Both the position numbers and the translations under genes were made by a program. The notes under the pieces were generated by a model, which worked only from the letters and a program-made list of their open reading frames with translations, was not told the DNA's origin and searched no databases. From Octopus sinensis (Eukaryota): a stretch of DNA of 64,000 bases. Location: positions 682,001 to 746,000 of the forward strand of contig NC_042999.1 of assembly GCF_006345805.1 (NCBI RefSeq), read 5' to 3'. Numbering within the stretch: position 1 is the first letter of the stretch; the number at the start of each line of letters is the position of its first letter. Below, in pieces: positions 63,895 to 64,000 of this stretch.

Positions 63895-64000
63895 GTACGT
63901 ACTTACATACATACATACGTACATACATACATACACACACACATACATACATACATACGTACATGCATACATACATACATACATAGATTACATACATACA
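63655..64000 (-). mobile_element. Family F copy, inverted relative to 61838-62340, running off the window in (ATAC)n
   Basis: ctggaactgt.aaaatctgtaaaactttccagaagtttatcatttaaatatata is the reverse complement of about 62235-62285. Confidence 0.8.

Overview
AT-rich, microsatellite-saturated eukaryotic DNA, apparently intergenic or intronic, with no recognisable intact host gene. It is probably from an octopus; this is inferred from the SINE types and a GC-rich cephalopod-like 18S fragment. Almost every long ORF in the track is a translated simple repeat. The real content is mobile-element debris: (i) three tRNA-headed SINE families, labelled A, B and C here, with more than 35 copies, several with readable TSDs and some multimeric; (ii) four 5'-truncated R4/Dong-type REL-endonuclease retrotransposons, each sitting inside (TAA)n, three of them stacked in one array at 38.6-42.8 kb; (iii) Penelope-like (PLE) 3' ends carrying at least five distinct type-I hammerhead-ribozyme motifs with self-complementary helix III, most ending in (TA)n/(TG)n; (iv) a 3'-UTR-like element that sits three times between (TATC)n tracts; (v) Tc1, mariner and RTE fragments plus pogo-type and hAT-type MITEs; (vi) a U6-SINE-tail chimera, an 18S rRNA piece captured inside a SINE, a Helentron-like hairpin element and several fold-back palindromes. 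The unifying picture is several unrelated retroelement lineages that each occupy a different microsatellite. All alignments and structures were read by eye, no database searches were run, and boundaries of degenerate copies are approximate.
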